This document shows, in pieces, positions 20,747 to 38,531 of a DNA stretch of 64,000 nucleotides. Both the position numbers and the translations under genes were made by a program. The notes under the pieces are model-generated. The model did not search any database. It saw only the letters and a list, made by a program, of their open reading frames with translations, and had not been told where the DNA came from. The stretch's first letter is position 1, and each line of letters opens with the position of its first letter. This stretch comes from Escherichia phage BYEP02. The DNA is taken from sequence record OR757454.1, one strand, 5' to 3'.

Positions 20747-21828
20747 ATGTTTAAAAAGTATAGCAGTCTTGAAAATCATTACAATTCTAAATTCATTGAA
20801 AAACTTTATAGTTTAGGATTGACTGGCGGCGAATGGGTAGCTCGTGAAAAGATTCATGGTACAAATTTCTCGTTGATTATTGAGCGCGATAAAGCAACTT
20901 GTGCTAAACGTACTGGACCGATTCTTCCTGCTGAAGATTTCTTTGGGTATTGATTATTGAGCGTGATAAAGTAACTTGCGCTAAACGTACTGGACCAATT
21001 CTTCCTGCTGAAGATTTCTTCGGTTATGAAATTATTTTAAAGAATTACGAAGATTCTATTAAAGCTGTCCAAGAAATTATGGAAACTTCAGCTGTTGTGA
21101 CTTATCAAGTTTTTGGCGAATTCGCTGGACCTGGCATTCAGAAGAATGTCGATTATGGCGATAAAGATTTTTATGTATTTGACATTATTGTTACTACCGA
21201 AAGTGGTGATGTAACTTATGTTGATGATTACATGATGGAATCGTTTTGTAATTCATTTGGGTTTAAAATCGCTCCACTTTTGGGTCGTGGTAAATTTGAA
21301 GATCTTATTAAACTTCCAAATGATTTGGATTCTGTTGTTCCGTCTTATAATTTTACCGTAGATAATGCAGGTTTAATTGACGCTAACAAATGTGTTTGGA
21401 AAGCTGAAGCCAAAGGCGAAGTATTTACCGCTGAAGGATATGTATTGAAACCTTGTTATCCTTCTTGGCTGCCTAATCGCAATCGTGTAGCCATCAAATG
21501 CAAGAATTCTAAATTTAGTGAAAAGAAAAAGTCTGATAAGCCTATTAAAGCTAAAGTTGAACTGTCAGAAGCTGATAACAAATTGGTGGGGATTTTAGCT
21601 TGTTACGTTACACTAAACCGAGTAAATAACGTTATTTCTAAAATTGGCGAAATTGGTCCAAAAGATTTTGGAAAGGTGATGGGACTAACTGTTCAAGATA
21701 TTTTGGAAGAAACTTCTCGTGAAGGTATTACTCTAACTCAAGCGGATAATCCTTCTTTGATTAAAAAGGAATTAGTTAAAATGGTACAAGATGTACTTCG
21801 TCCGGCTTGGATTGAATTGGTAAGTTAA
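20747..21828 (+). CDS. rnlB: RNA ligase 2, one 77-nt duplication inside
   Basis: EKIHGTNFS adenylation-lysine motif; 334 aa + 77 nt. Confidence 0.85.
20874..21027. repeat. 77-nt tandem duplication
   Basis: Period 77 verified; 6 mismatches, 5 synonymous; in rnlB. Confidence 0.9.
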
Positions 21829-21833
21829 ATAAA

Positions 21834-21861
21834 AAGGGACCGAAAGGTCCCTTTGTTTTAT
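21834..21861. terminator. bidirectional terminator AAAGGGACCGAAAGGTCCCTTT between rnlB and gene 24
   Basis: Perfect hairpin flanked by A-run and T-run. Confidence 0.7.
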
Positions 21862-23218
21862 TCATCAATGATAATTTTTGGTAGCTTAACACCTAATAAA
21901 ACAGACAAATCTGAACGACCCGCCATTTTATCCATGTCTCCACCATCAATTACTCTTGCTTCTTTTTCATCTTTTGCTACGGTGTAAGGATTTGCTGATA
22001 AAGCATATCTAACTAATAAACCGATAGATGGCTGCAAACTTTCTGGGTCAACTACAACTTTAAATGCACCTACATGTTCAGGGTCATCTAAGTCAAGACC
22101 TTCTGTATACGGAGCATAGAAAATTGATCCAACAATTTCTTTTTCACCGATATTTTCTACTACGCCAACGATTACATAATCTAATGGGCTGTTAGTATCG
22201 CAATAAAGCGGTAAACCATTAGCTAAGAACCCGTAGGCATTTTGTGAAAGATATTTGTCATCTTCTGGTTTATGTTTTAACCAACCTGATGCAGCAAGAA
22301 TCGCAGCGGCACGAGCTTTTGTGAAAGATATTTGTCATCTTCTGGTTTATGTTTTAACCAACCTGATGCAGCAAGAATCGCAGCGGCACGAGCTGAAGCA
22401 ACACAGAACGTTGCCGTATAAGTTGATTCTTTTTGGATATGCGAAACCATTTCACATACCATTCGGTATAATGAACGACCAGCTTCAGGAGCAGATGCAT
22501 AACTCAAATCGATGAATCCAGTATCAGTAATTCCTGTAACTTTATAGCGTTTTGACACTGTAATCAAAGACTGCAGAATGTCTTTATTGATTTCATCTGC
22601 CATTTCAGTTGCAAGCAAATCTTCCAAGAAATTAGGAGCATCGAATCCATTTGCTTCTAAATCTTGTGCTAATTCAACTGTGATGCCAGTTTTAAGTTTA
22701 CGAGATTTAACTGCGGTTTGCCATTTATTAATCTGGAATCTAGCATCCGCAATTTCACTATCAGAGCTTTCAAATTTGCTTGTTGACGCTGCATCAGAAA
22801 ATAGACGAACCTTTAAAAGAACAATTGCAATCTGAAGAGCTAACTCTAAGTCGCTTTCTTCAATATCAGCAAATGGTGTATCTTCTAATACTTTATAAAC
22901 GATATTATTATATTTGAATAAATCGCCTTTATTGAGAGTTAATTTAGACTCTTCTGTTAATTCTGTGATTTGTTCTCGGTCTACATATCCAGCTTCGCCA
23001 GCGTAAGTAGCACCCGTTTTAAACGTAAATTCGTTATCTGGGTTAAGGTATTTGATACCATAAAAAGCAGCAACAGGTTGATTAGTTCTTTGCGTTGCTA
23101 CAATGTCAGAATATATTAATTTAGTGGTAGCGCGAGTCAAAGCAACGAGATTTGGGCGACCGATTGAGTTGCTATTCGTTGTGGTTGATTCGCGCAGAAG
23201 TTCGTTGATTTTAGCCAT
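21858..23218 (-). CDS. 24: head vertex protein gp24, one 77-nt duplication inside
   Basis: Immediately downstream of gp23; 427 aa + 77 nt; TATAAATA 28 nt upstream. Confidence 0.85.
22240..22393. repeat. 77-nt tandem duplication
   Basis: Adjacent copies; in gene 24. Confidence 0.85.
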
Positions 23219-23245
23219 TGCGCTTTCCTTTTGGTTTATATGATT

Positions 23246-23253
23246 TATTTATA
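23246..23253 (-). promoter_or_regulatory. late promoter core TATAAATA (gene 24)
   Basis: Reverse-strand motif 28 nt upstream of gp24 ATG. Confidence 0.6.
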
Positions 23254-23269
23254 CCATAAAAACAACTAA

Positions 23270-23287
23270 AGGGACCCGAAGGTCCCT
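23270..23287 (-). terminator. hairpin AGGGACCCGAAGGTCCCT after gene 23
   Basis: GC hairpin between gp23 stop and the gene 24 late promoter. Confidence 0.6.
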
Positions 23288-23301
23288 TAAATCGTCAAAG
23301 A

Positions 23302-24867
23302 TTAGATACCTTTAACATATACACGGCGGAAGTAAGCGTTTTTACCAAGGCTATTCAGAATAGAAGGCATACCGCTCTGGATGCGAGAAGCCGGAGCCTG
23401 AGCAGCGGATTCTGCAAATGGGTTGATACCGATACCGTAACGAGTTTTGAATCCCATTACTGGTTGGAAGTTCTTCGGATCGGAACCACGCAGCGGAGTC
23501 AGAGCTACATATGGAGCATAGTAAATACCAGCATCCATTTCGTTCGGACCTTTATAACCTACAGTGAAATAATCCTGTTTAGCATACTGGTCGATATATA
23601 CACGGTATTTACCACCCAGAACACCAGCAAATACTGACTTGGTAGTATCAGTGTTAAAGCCAGTAGCCAGACCCTGTGCAGCATAAGAAATGCCAGTATC
23701 AACTGAAGCCAGAACGTTAACTACGTTACGGGAAGCGATAATGAAGTTACCTTCGCCGCGACCAGTCTGACGAGCAATTTCAACTGCTTCTTTGTCAATC
23801 TGGAACAACAGAGCTTTAAAGGATTCACCCGCCCAGCGAGCACCACGAATATCAATCGGATCCTGGAAGTCAAATACACCAGCTTTAGAACCCGGAGTCA
23901 GGGTCATACCAGATTTACCAACCTGAGCCGAGTAGTTAATCCAATCAACAACTTCACGGTTAATTTCCAGCATGATTTCGGTAGCCAGAATACCAGACAG
24001 TTCAGCATCAGCATCCATACCGTGAACAGCGCGGAGGTCTTGTGCTAATTCGATAGAGTAAGCAGCTTTCAGCTGGCGAGATTTAGCTTCGATAACTTGT
24101 TTATCGATACGGAAGCCCATTTCATTCCATGGGTTATCGGTAGAACCGTTGAAACTTTCCTGAAGTTCAGCGATAGAAGTAGCCATACCTTCAGCGATTT
24201 CTACCAGTACACCAGCTTCCATTTGTTTCTTAATTTCAGCATCTAATTTAGCTGCGTCAGTTGCACTAGTATCAATTTGCTTAACTTCTGTAGCTTGCAG
24301 ATACACAGTACCAGTGTCCTGGAAGAAGTGGGTGTAAATAGTTCCAACTTCAAGAGTATCACTTGCTTTCAAAGCAGCGAATTTCTTAGCAGCACCCTGA
24401 CCAGAGAACATTGCATCTGGACCATACATTGGGTGGAATGCTTCTTTAGCGCCGGAAGCGATTGGGTCTTTACCATATACTGCACGCAGTGCGAATATCT
24501 GGCCAGTCGGGCTGTTCATCGGCTGAACACCACAAATATCGAAAGCAATCAGGTTAGGAATAGCACGACGTACCATACCCATAACAGCTGGGCCAATCTG
24601 AGTTACTGCGCCAGAAGTCTGACCTGCAGCGATGTTGGTAGCATTGTAACCGTGGTCACCACCGATTTCAGCTTCTGTTAAGAAAGAACCGAATGCCTGA
24701 GCAATTTTTTCGTCTTTATATTCCGGAGCTGTCTGGAAATCTTTTTCCTGGTTTTCAAAGATTTTAGCGATAATCGCTTGTTTGCTATTAGCAATTTCCG
24801 GTAAACCTTCACCTTCCAGTAATGGCTTCCATTTGTTCAAAAGTTCAGCTTTAGTTTTGATAGTCAT
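23302..24867 (-). CDS. 23: major capsid protein gp23 (521 aa), intact
   Basis: Translation MTIKTKAELLNKWKPLLEGEGLPEIANSKQAIIAKIFENQ recognised; 521 aa. Confidence 0.95.
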   Translation of the reverse strand: MTIKTKAELLNKWKPLLEGEGLPEIANSKQAIIAKIFENQEKDFQTAPEYKDEKIAQAFGSFLTEAEIGGDHGYNATNIAAGQTSGAVTQIGPAVMGMVRRAIPNLIAFDICGVQPMNSPTGQIFALRAVYGKDPIASGAKEAFHPMYGPDAMFSGQGAAKKFAALKASDTLEVGTIYTHFFQDTGTVYLQATEVKQIDTSATDAAKLDAEIKKQMEAGVLVEIAEGMATSIAELQESFNGSTDNPWNEMGFRIDKQVIEAKSRQLKAAYSIELAQDLRAVHGMDADAELSGILATEIMLEINREVVDWINYSAQVGKSGMTLTPGSKAGVFDFQDPIDIRGARWAGESFKALLFQIDKEAVEIARQTGRGEGNFIIASRNVVNVLASVDTGISYAAQGLATGFNTDTTKSVFAGVLGGKYRVYIDQYAKQDYFTVGYKGPNEMDAGIYYAPYVALTPLRGSDPKNFQPVMGFKTRYGIGINPFAESAAQAPASRIQSGMPSILNSLGKNAYFRRVYVKGI

Positions 24868-24885
24868 TTGTGTTAACCTTTAAAA

Positions 24886-25695
24886 TTAGAAACGAGATGC
24901 GACTTTCGCATATACACTTACAATATCTTCTGCACCCTGTGCAGCTTTATCTTCTACAGCTTCAGTGACGAAATTCAGTCCGGCTGCTTCAGTATCAGGA
25001 GTATTTATACTCTCAGTAATAGTGCTTTCATCTTTATTAGATTTCTTCACCATTTCTACGATTGCACTCAATTTACTTGAGAATGCATCTGAATAATCCA
25101 TACCTTCGACCAGAGCAGAGACTTTTTCTTTTTGAGACTCAGTCAGATCTTTAGTACTTTCGCTCAATGCCACTTCACGCTGCACATAATTGATATATGC
25201 GTCACGCTTATTGAGTTCTTCGAACAGACGAGCTGATTCTTCTTTATGTTCTTGCAGCTCTTCTTCCATTTCAGCTACAATATCAACTGATTCTTCTGGA
25301 ACAACAACGTTGTGTTCAACAAAGAGCTCTTTTAATCCACCAAGCATGGATTCAAACAGTTCGGCTTTGATGCCTTTATCAACTGCTAATTTATTTTCAG
25401 CGAGCCATTCTTTTGCAAGATGGTCAATGAATTTAGAAGCTTGCTCAGCGATTTTCTTCTCAGCTTTTTCTTCGGCTTCTTCTTTATTTTTTTCTACTTC
25501 TTCTTCTGCTTTTTCAGCAATTTTAGCGATATGAGATTCAGCTAATTTAACGGCGTGCTGCTTGACGGTAGCTTCGAATACAGTGCCGAAAGTTTCTTTT
25601 GCTTCCGGAGAAATATTAACTGATTCGAAAATACTATCAAGAGCAACGGAAGCATCAATTTTTTGCGCTTCAGCAATCAGTTGTTCTTTAAGCAT
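24886..25695 (-). CDS. 22: prohead core scaffold protein gp22 (269 aa)
   Basis: Acidic coiled-coil-rich 269-aa protein upstream of gp23; TATAAATA 28 nt upstream. Confidence 0.9.
   Translation of the reverse strand: MLKEQLIAEAQKIDASVALDSIFESVNISPEAKETFGTVFEATVKQHAVKLAESHIAKIAEKAEEEVEKNKEEAEEKAEKKIAEQASKFIDHLAKEWLAENKLAVDKGIKAELFESMLGGLKELFVEHNVVVPEESVDIVAEMEEELQEHKEESARLFEELNKRDAYINYVQREVALSESTKDLTESQKEKVSALVEGMDYSDAFSSKLSAIVEMVKKSNKDESTITESINTPDTEAAGLNFVTEAVEDKAAQGAEDIVSVYAKVASRF
25002..25009 (-). promoter_or_regulatory. candidate late promoter core inside gene 22 (gene 23)
   Basis: Reverse-strand TATAAATA about 135 nt upstream of gp23 ATG. Confidence 0.35.
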
Positions 25696-25722
25696 TTTGT
25701 AGTCCTGTTGTTTAGATAATAA

Positions 25723-25730
25723 TATTTATA
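25723..25730 (-). promoter_or_regulatory. late promoter core TATAAATA (gene 22)
   Basis: Reverse-strand motif 28 nt upstream of gp22 ATG. Confidence 0.6.
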
Positions 25731-26364
25731 ACGCTTTTTTCATGGCCTCTGCGAGAGCCATATAGGCGTCATCGGCACTTGTATCGGCTTCCGCCGTCTG
25801 TGATTCGGTAATTTCCTTAGGAGTTACCCATGCATCTGGAGCACTTGGACCCCATACTGCATCAACACCTACAGTTAATTTGAATCCTTCGTTTACGATA
25901 CGATAACCTTTATTTGTGTCAGTCAATGAACCTAATCCACGAGAAGAAACTCCTGGAATCCATCCGGCACGAATATTAGCTGCTAATTTATCTCCAGGAC
26001 CGTGGTCACCTTCAATAACACGAGCTCGTCCGTATACGTCATTTCCTTTCCACCACATATCTTCTATAATGATAGCGGCTTGCATCGGGTCAACATTAGC
26101 GCGTGGAGGATGATTTAATTCTCCGAGAGCTTGTTTAGTTAAAACTTGCTCATTAATATAGTCTTTTACCGCTTTTTCTAATATGCGTTTTGGATAAAGA
26201 CGTTTATTTCTATTGACGACTTCTGCTTGCATGAATATTCCTTCGATGTATAAACCCGGTTTTAAACCTAAGTCTTTTCCATCATGGGATTCAAGCATTG
26301 GCACACCATCAATAATTTCGCCAGGTTGACCCCAAGTTTCAATTAGTAATTGGGGTTCATTCAT
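25726..26364 (-). CDS. 21: prohead protease gp21 (212 aa)
   Basis: 212 aa; recognised translation; gene order 68-21-22. Confidence 0.9.
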   Translation of the reverse strand: MNEPQLLIETWGQPGEIIDGVPMLESHDGKDLGLKPGLYIEGIFMQAEVVNRNKRLYPKRILEKAVKDYINEQVLTKQALGELNHPPRANVDPMQAAIIIEDMWWKGNDVYGRARVIEGDHGPGDKLAANIRAGWIPGVSSRGLGSLTDTNKGYRIVNEGFKLTVGVDAVWGPSAPDAWVTPKEITESQTAEADTSADDAYMALAEAMKKAL

Positions 26365-26789
26365 TAGCTTAATCCTAATGCTTTACGGCGTTTAAGAGCT
26401 TTTTTACGCTTACGCTGAGCACGAGATTGACCTGCTGGATTGGCAATCTTCGTTTTGGTAGCTTTGCGAGCAATTTGTCTACGTTTTGCTTTAGACAGCC
26501 CAGTGGTTTGAAATGCATTACGTTCGCGTGTTTTGCGGTCTTTAGTACGTGTAATTTCACCACGAGCTGAAACATGCTTAACAATGAATTCATTTAACGG
26601 CATATTTTCATTAATAGAAGCTAATGCAACTGCTAAATCAGTTTCATCATCAAGCATATTCTCGACAATTGTATTTATATCGTCTTTATTTAAAGCAGAA
26701 GACAATTCGTCAAAGCGACCCTGTGCTTCAGGAATAAGTGCTTCGACATTCTCGAGAACTAATTCATGAGTTTCAGGGATCAGAAGCAT
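26364..26789 (-). CDS. 68: prohead core protein gp68 (141 aa)
   Basis: 141 aa; gene order 20-67-68-21. Confidence 0.7.
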
Positions 26790-27030
26790 TATTCATCATC
26801 CTCGTCTTCGTCATCTTCGTCAGAGTCTTTGTCTTTTTTGTCGTCTTTATCATCACCATCTTCGTCATCATCCTCGTCTTCAGGTTCTTCACCTTCGATT
26901 AAGAAATTACGAGCGATAGCGATTTTTTCTTCTTTAATTAAATCAATCGTTCTTGCAGCCATGGCTTCAGCAAATAATTTACGAGCGGCTACGAGGTCGT
27001 TTGATTTAATAGCTTCAATTAAACCTTCCA

Positions 27031-27031
<1 letters not shown>
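26789..27031 (-). CDS. 67: prohead core protein gp67 (80 aa) with poly-acidic C-terminus
   Basis: 80 aa; [30 protein letters not shown] tail. Confidence 0.7.
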
Positions 27032-28733
<1,702 letters not shown>

Positions 28734-28742
28734 TTAAGCAGG

Positions 28743-28760
28743 ATGGGGATTTCTCCCCAT
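28743..28760 (-). terminator. hairpin ATGGGGATTTCTCCCCAT after gene 19
   Basis: Between gp19 stop and the gene 20 promoter. Confidence 0.45.
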
Positions 28761-28765
28761 TCATT

Positions 28766-29257
28766 TTATTCCCAATAATCGAGAGCGAGAGTTACTTCAA
28801 AGGTTTGGATTTCATTGTTTGAATCCCAATCTAATTGAAGTTCACCCACGTTGGTAGGCCACAGACCTTTAATTTCAATTTCTTTTGTTACTGTTTTAGC
28901 GTCACGAGCATATTGACGAACGATAGCGCTCTTTTTATACTCTGCAGGTTTTCCACCAGTAATTTCGTTTCCTTGCCCCGCAGCAATGCTTTGCCAATCA
29001 ACGAACTTCTGACGAGCATCATGAGCTTCATCGTTCATTACTGTAACAGTCCAGTCATCGAATGTACGATCGCCTGCTACATTAATTTTACGGTTCATAA
29101 ATCCGACTGGAATTTTTTCTACAATACCAGCTGGTAAAGCAGTGGCTTTACACTGAAACGTAAAATTTTGTCCAAGATAAGAAATTTCTACTTGGAATAA
29201 GTTAGGTCGAGCAAAATCACCAGATTCAAACGCTCGTGTTACATCATCTACAAACAT
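28766..29257 (-). CDS. 19: tail tube protein gp19 (163 aa)
   Basis: 163 aa; recognised translation; late promoter upstream. Confidence 0.9.
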   Translation of the reverse strand: MFVDDVTRAFESGDFARPNLFQVEISYLGQNFTFQCKATALPAGIVEKIPVGFMNRKINVAGDRTFDDWTVTVMNDEAHDARQKFVDWQSIAAGQGNEITGGKPAEYKKSAIVRQYARDAKTVTKEIEIKGLWPTNVGELQLDWDSNNEIQTFEVTLALDYWE

Positions 29258-29272
29258 ATTAGCCTCTGTAGT

Positions 29273-29280
29273 ATTTATAT
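29273..29280 (-). promoter_or_regulatory. late promoter core TATAAATA (gene 19)
   Basis: Reverse-strand motif 16 nt upstream of gp19 ATG; second copy at 29331-29338. Confidence 0.55.
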
Positions 29281-29339
29281 CCCTATGTTTAACCTAGGGC
29301 ATATAGAATTAAAGAATTAAGGATATAGTGTATTTATAT

Positions 29340-29357
29340 GGCCTGCCGAAACAGGCC
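29340..29357 (-). terminator. hairpin GGCCTGCCGAAACAGGCC after gene 18
   Basis: Between gp18 stop and the gene 19 promoter. Confidence 0.5.
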
Positions 29358-29373
29358 TTTAGAATGCACCGTA

Positions 29374-31507
29374 TTAACCTGCAAGACCAGTTAACTCGTC
29401 GAAATCTGCACCAGTAGCAGTTGCGACGAAATTAAGTTGGATATAATTTATACTTCTAGCCGGTTGGATGTAGAATGTTGCAACAAACTCATTTCTATCA
29501 ATTACTGACGGAGTGTTATTTGTTGTATCGCAAACTACACGATATTCATAAATTCCACCGAGAGCTTTAATTCCCTGTAAGTATTGGGCAGTTTCTGTGC
29601 GGAACGATGAACGGGTAAACGCGTTGTTTAATTCGAACAAACGATATTTTGAACTACGTCCGATATTCGTTTTCAACATATTAAACAGACGACGAACGTT
29701 AATACGATCAAATGGAGAAGGAACAGAAGTAGCTGTTTTATCACCATACAATACGTAACCATCACCACCTGTACCGGTTACCGGGTTGATAGCTTCTTGG
29801 TATAAACGGTCGCGCTGAGCCTGGCGAGTTTCAATAGCAAGTTTAATAACGTTAAGAATCTGACCACGATTATAACCAGCTGGAGACATCCAAGTCTGAG
29901 ATACGTTATCAGTTCTTGCGCATAAACCAGCAATATCAGCTGCTAATGGAACCCAGCGATTGACATCATTATATTTGTCATACTGATATTTGTAGTTACC
30001 ATCAATTGCTGCATAGGTTGAACTGATATTAAAGTTATTATCAGTGTATGAACCTGTTGCGGTTCTCCAATTGACTAAGTTATCAACAGCGCGAGTTACA
30101 GGAATTCCAACTACAGTTTCGCGCGGTGGTGAGCACAATACTAAGCAATCCTGGCGAGCATCCCCGATTGAAACGACGTGTTTTTGGACAGTAGATGCTG
30201 TTTCTAAAGATTCACCGGCACAAGAACCCGCAATAAACAACTGAACGTCAACAGATTCACGGTCAGCAAAGAAGTCCCAGGCTTCCATTAAATCTCCTGC
30301 TGTTACTTCAGCATTTGATGATAATCCACCAGACAGAGTTAAAATTCCAGAGAAGCCTTCTGGCCAGTTTTGTGCAGTTGCAAAAATATATTCTGAACCA
30401 CCTTTTGCGAAAAAGTCATCGATATAGATGTTACTATCGTAAATATCTTTTTCACCGCGCTTTGTTGAAAGAACAACGCTTTGAACAATAGCATCATTAC
30501 GACGAACTATAATAGCGTACTGTGAATCAGTTTGTGGTCCATATCCAAACACAGTTTTAGCAGTAGATGCACGAGTACCACCGCCTGGATAAATTGGGAG
30601 TAATGCAGAAGCACCTTTTGCATAGTCAGCTTTAGATACTATTTCAATTTCAATTTTATCGCCTAATTCGCCTGGATAAAGCGCTACTACTCCTGGAATT
30701 CCGTATTTTTCGAGATTTGCTTGAAAGCCAACCTCTGTCATAGCAGCTTCAGCATTTTCAATTTCAGCTAATAAAATACCAGAATCAGTAATAATTTTTC
30801 CAAGAGTTATTACTGCAGCTAAACCAGAGCATTTTCAATTTCAGCTAATAAAATACCAGAATCAGTAATAATTTTTCCAAGAGTTATTACTGCAGCTAAA
30901 CCAGAGGAAGATGAAGAAATTTCCGCAGTCCAGTTAGAACCTAATTCCGGATATTCACCGACTTCTTTAGCTTTAGCGATAATTTTTGCAGTAGGAATAT
31001 TAATTTTCTTAATTTTTCCATCTACGTCTACTTCAGTAATTTTACCTTCAGTTTCAATAGCATCTGAAACATATTTGACCGTGATTTTATCTCCAACTGC
31101 GTAGTTACTACCTGGGGTAGAAATTGTGTATTCAATATTACCGGCAATCGGAGATGAGTTTTTAGCGGTATCTCTATCGACAGCACGCACAACTCGCAAA
31201 TCATTTCCATATTGTAAGAAATTCATTGCAGACATAAAATAGTCAGCAGTTTCAGCTGTAGGTTGACCAAAAGTATTAACTAAATCTACTTCATTTGTAA
31301 CCTGTTTGATCTGAAAAGCAGGACCCCACTGGAATTTACCGGCCAAAGCTGCTGTACCAGTAGAGTTATTAACCACGGTGCTTTGAACTGAAAAGCAGGA
31401 CCCCACTGGAATTTACCGGCCAAAGCTGCTGTACCAGTAGAGTTATTAACCACGGTGCTTTGAACCGTAGTTTCTTTGAGCTCAATGCCCGGAGATAATA
31501 AAGTCAT
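29374..31507 (-). CDS. 18: tail sheath protein gp18, two 77-nt duplications inside
   Basis: MTLLSPGIELKETTVQSTVVNN recognised; 659 aa + 154 nt. Confidence 0.9.
30753..30906. repeat. 77-nt tandem duplication
   Basis: Adjacent copies; in gene 18. Confidence 0.85.
31311..31464. repeat. 77-nt tandem duplication
   Basis: Adjacent copies; in gene 18 5' region. Confidence 0.85.
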
Positions 31508-31535
31508 TTTTAATCCTCTTTAATATGCTTTAATA

Positions 31536-34165
<2,630 letters not shown>

Positions 34166-34195
<30 letters not shown>

Positions 34196-34984
34196 TGTTG
34201 GTCTATTTACATTGCTAGTGAAAGTTTGTTTTACTGTTCCATCCCAGTCTTCTGGGTTAATATCTCGAGGAACAACTTCGTTATCGACAGATTCAAAAAC
34301 ACCTTCGCCATCAGGCAAATCTCTTGTATTGGCGTGAAAATCTGTATAAGTAGTACGAATTAATCCTTCTGCATCATCTACCGGAGGATACATCCATCCA
34401 TTTACTTCAAATGTTAGTGACCATTCAATTCTACGACGAGATAAATTATCTCCATCTATAGATTCGTCTATAGCAGCAGACATCAGTACAATTTTAATAT
34501 CCCTTTTAAATGGAATATCATTTCCAAACTGTTCGTACATAGTTGTATTAAAATGAGGTTGAAAATATGGAAGAATCTGTTCAACTATTTGAAACATATC
34601 ATCTTCGTAGCGAGTAAAGATACTCAATTCATAAATCATTTTAATAGGAGATGGATTATACTGCGATACTACAGAAGTTGCACCTTTTTGCAGTAAATTC
34701 TGATTTAAAATGTTTGTTTTAAATGGAGCATTATAGCTAAAATCAACTAAATGTAAATTTATACGAGGTAGAATGGTTTCAACTTTAGCTACATCTTCTT
34801 GTGAATTTATTGATGTCCATTTATTCAATTTCATCATAAAGTGTTCCTTTGATGCATACGTAATAGGAACACGTATAAACTTATCACCAGATTCTAACTG
34901 ACGTTTGATTTGGATATTTGAAAACAAATCGCCCATCAAGGTAGCATATCGTCTAAAAGACGAATTATAAAAATAACCAAACAT
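34166..34984 (-). CDS. 15: tail sheath stabiliser / tail terminator gp15 (272 aa)
   Basis: 272 aa; gene order 13-14-15-16. Confidence 0.85.
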
Positions 34985-35025
34985 GACTTCTCCTAATCTG
35001 GGTTTTAATTAATTTATAATATTTA

Positions 35026-36958
<1,933 letters not shown>

Positions 36959-36971
36959 TTAAAAATCCTTT

Positions 36972-36987
36972 GGGGCCTTGCGGCCCC
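36972..36987 (-). terminator. hairpin GGGGCCTTGCGGCCCC after wac
   Basis: GC hairpin followed on the minus strand by a U-rich tract. Confidence 0.55.
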
Positions 36988-36991
36988 ATGT

Positions 36992-38531
36992 TATGCTGGT
37001 GATAAAAAGGTAGAAAGTAATACCCATTCGCCGTCTTTACGAACGTAAGCTTGGCCATCTTTTGGAGCTTCAGGAATATAACCTGCTTCTTGAGTAATAC
37101 CCATTCGCCGTCTTTACGAACGTAAGCTTGACCATCTTTTGGAGCTTCAGGAATATAACCTGCTTCTTGTAGAGCTTGAACATCACCTTGCAGAGAAGAT
37201 ATACTACCTTTGGCTGTATTCACTTCTTGTGTAACTGATGCAATGTTGGTTTCGTTAGCTTTTATTGAATTGGTTAATCCGCGTTCTTCGACAGTTGAAC
37301 CGTTTGGGTTAGTTCCATTTACTAAAGTATTTAACGCTACAACTTGCCCTTTAATTCCTGTGCTGTTATTACCAATTTCTACCTGTAGGTTTTGAACATC
37401 GTTATTCAAGCCTGAAACAGAAGTTTCAATTGTAGAAACTCGGTTTAAAAGAGACCCAGGAGGAGACGGTTGTCCACCGCTAGAATCAGTTCCAACAATT
37501 TGGTTTAACCATGAAACATTCGCTCTTAAACCAGATGAAGTGTTTTCACCGACGATTCCATTCAGAGATTCGATTGAAGTTGTATTATCTTTAATTTGAC
37601 CTTTAATACTCGAAGGAATATCATCTGAACCAATGGAAGTTTCAATAACTGTTAAACGCTGTTTAATACCTCCACTTTGATTTAGCTCTAAATTAATAGA
37701 TGCAATATTATCAGTGTTTGTATTAACACTCGTGATAATCGAATTATTTCCTGGATATCCTATTGAGGTCTTAATAGCACTAATGTCAGATTCAAATGTT
37801 GTCTGTTTAGTGTCAATTTCATTTAAACGACTATAAACGTTTTGTGAAAATGATGGTGGTTTCGGTCCAAGCTCTTCACGAAGATTACCAACTTCAATAG
37901 TCAAAGAACCTACATCAGATTCAATAAATTTTGTTTCTAATTCGCTTAAACGTATTCCCTGTGAAGTAATGGCATCAGTATTATTAATAATGCGATGCTT
38001 CATTCCACTACTAGGATTTCCTACAACAGGAAGACCATTAATATCTTGACCTGCGTATTGTCCAAGTTCACGCTTTATCCACAGTAAATCATTTCTGATC
38101 GTTCTGTATACAGAGTTGGCCTCGGAGTTAAATGGACCAATATCAGCAAGAATACTGTCAACCGTACTATTAGTTCCATTTAATATTTCTGTATGTTCAC
38201 TGGTTAGCGTTTTGAGGTCAGAAATATCCTTTTTATTGATACCTATTTGGGCCAAAGCTTCAATATCACCAGATACATCTAAGATGCCCTGAATTGTTTT
38301 AATATCACTATTTGCGGTTTCTAAAGATGTTTTAAGTATTCCAATGTTTTTATCAAGAACTTCAACATTTCTTAGTACAGAAACTGTAGGTCTATTCATT
38401 GAACCTTCGCTTCCATACTGCGTGTCAGCTCCTAATATTTCTTCGCCGTTTTTAATCCAGGAAATGCGGCTCTGGCCCTCTGCAGGAGGGCCGTCAACGA
38501 ATGGTAAGTCATTCAGTACAATATCTGTCAT
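36992..38531 (-). CDS. wac: fibritin (whisker), 77-nt duplication in the C-terminal foldon
   Basis: Foldon [23 protein letters not shown]; true end ...LSTFLSPA then stop near 36992; the 528-aa track ORF is a duplication read-through. Confidence 0.85.
37018..37171. repeat. 77-nt tandem duplication
   Basis: Adjacent copies; duplicates the wac foldon-coding segment. Confidence 0.85.

Noticed and set aside
25190-25534. 114-aa Ser-rich + strand ORF inside gene 22
   Set aside because: Antisense to the well-supported gp22 scaffold gene; low-complexity translation typical of a reverse frame.
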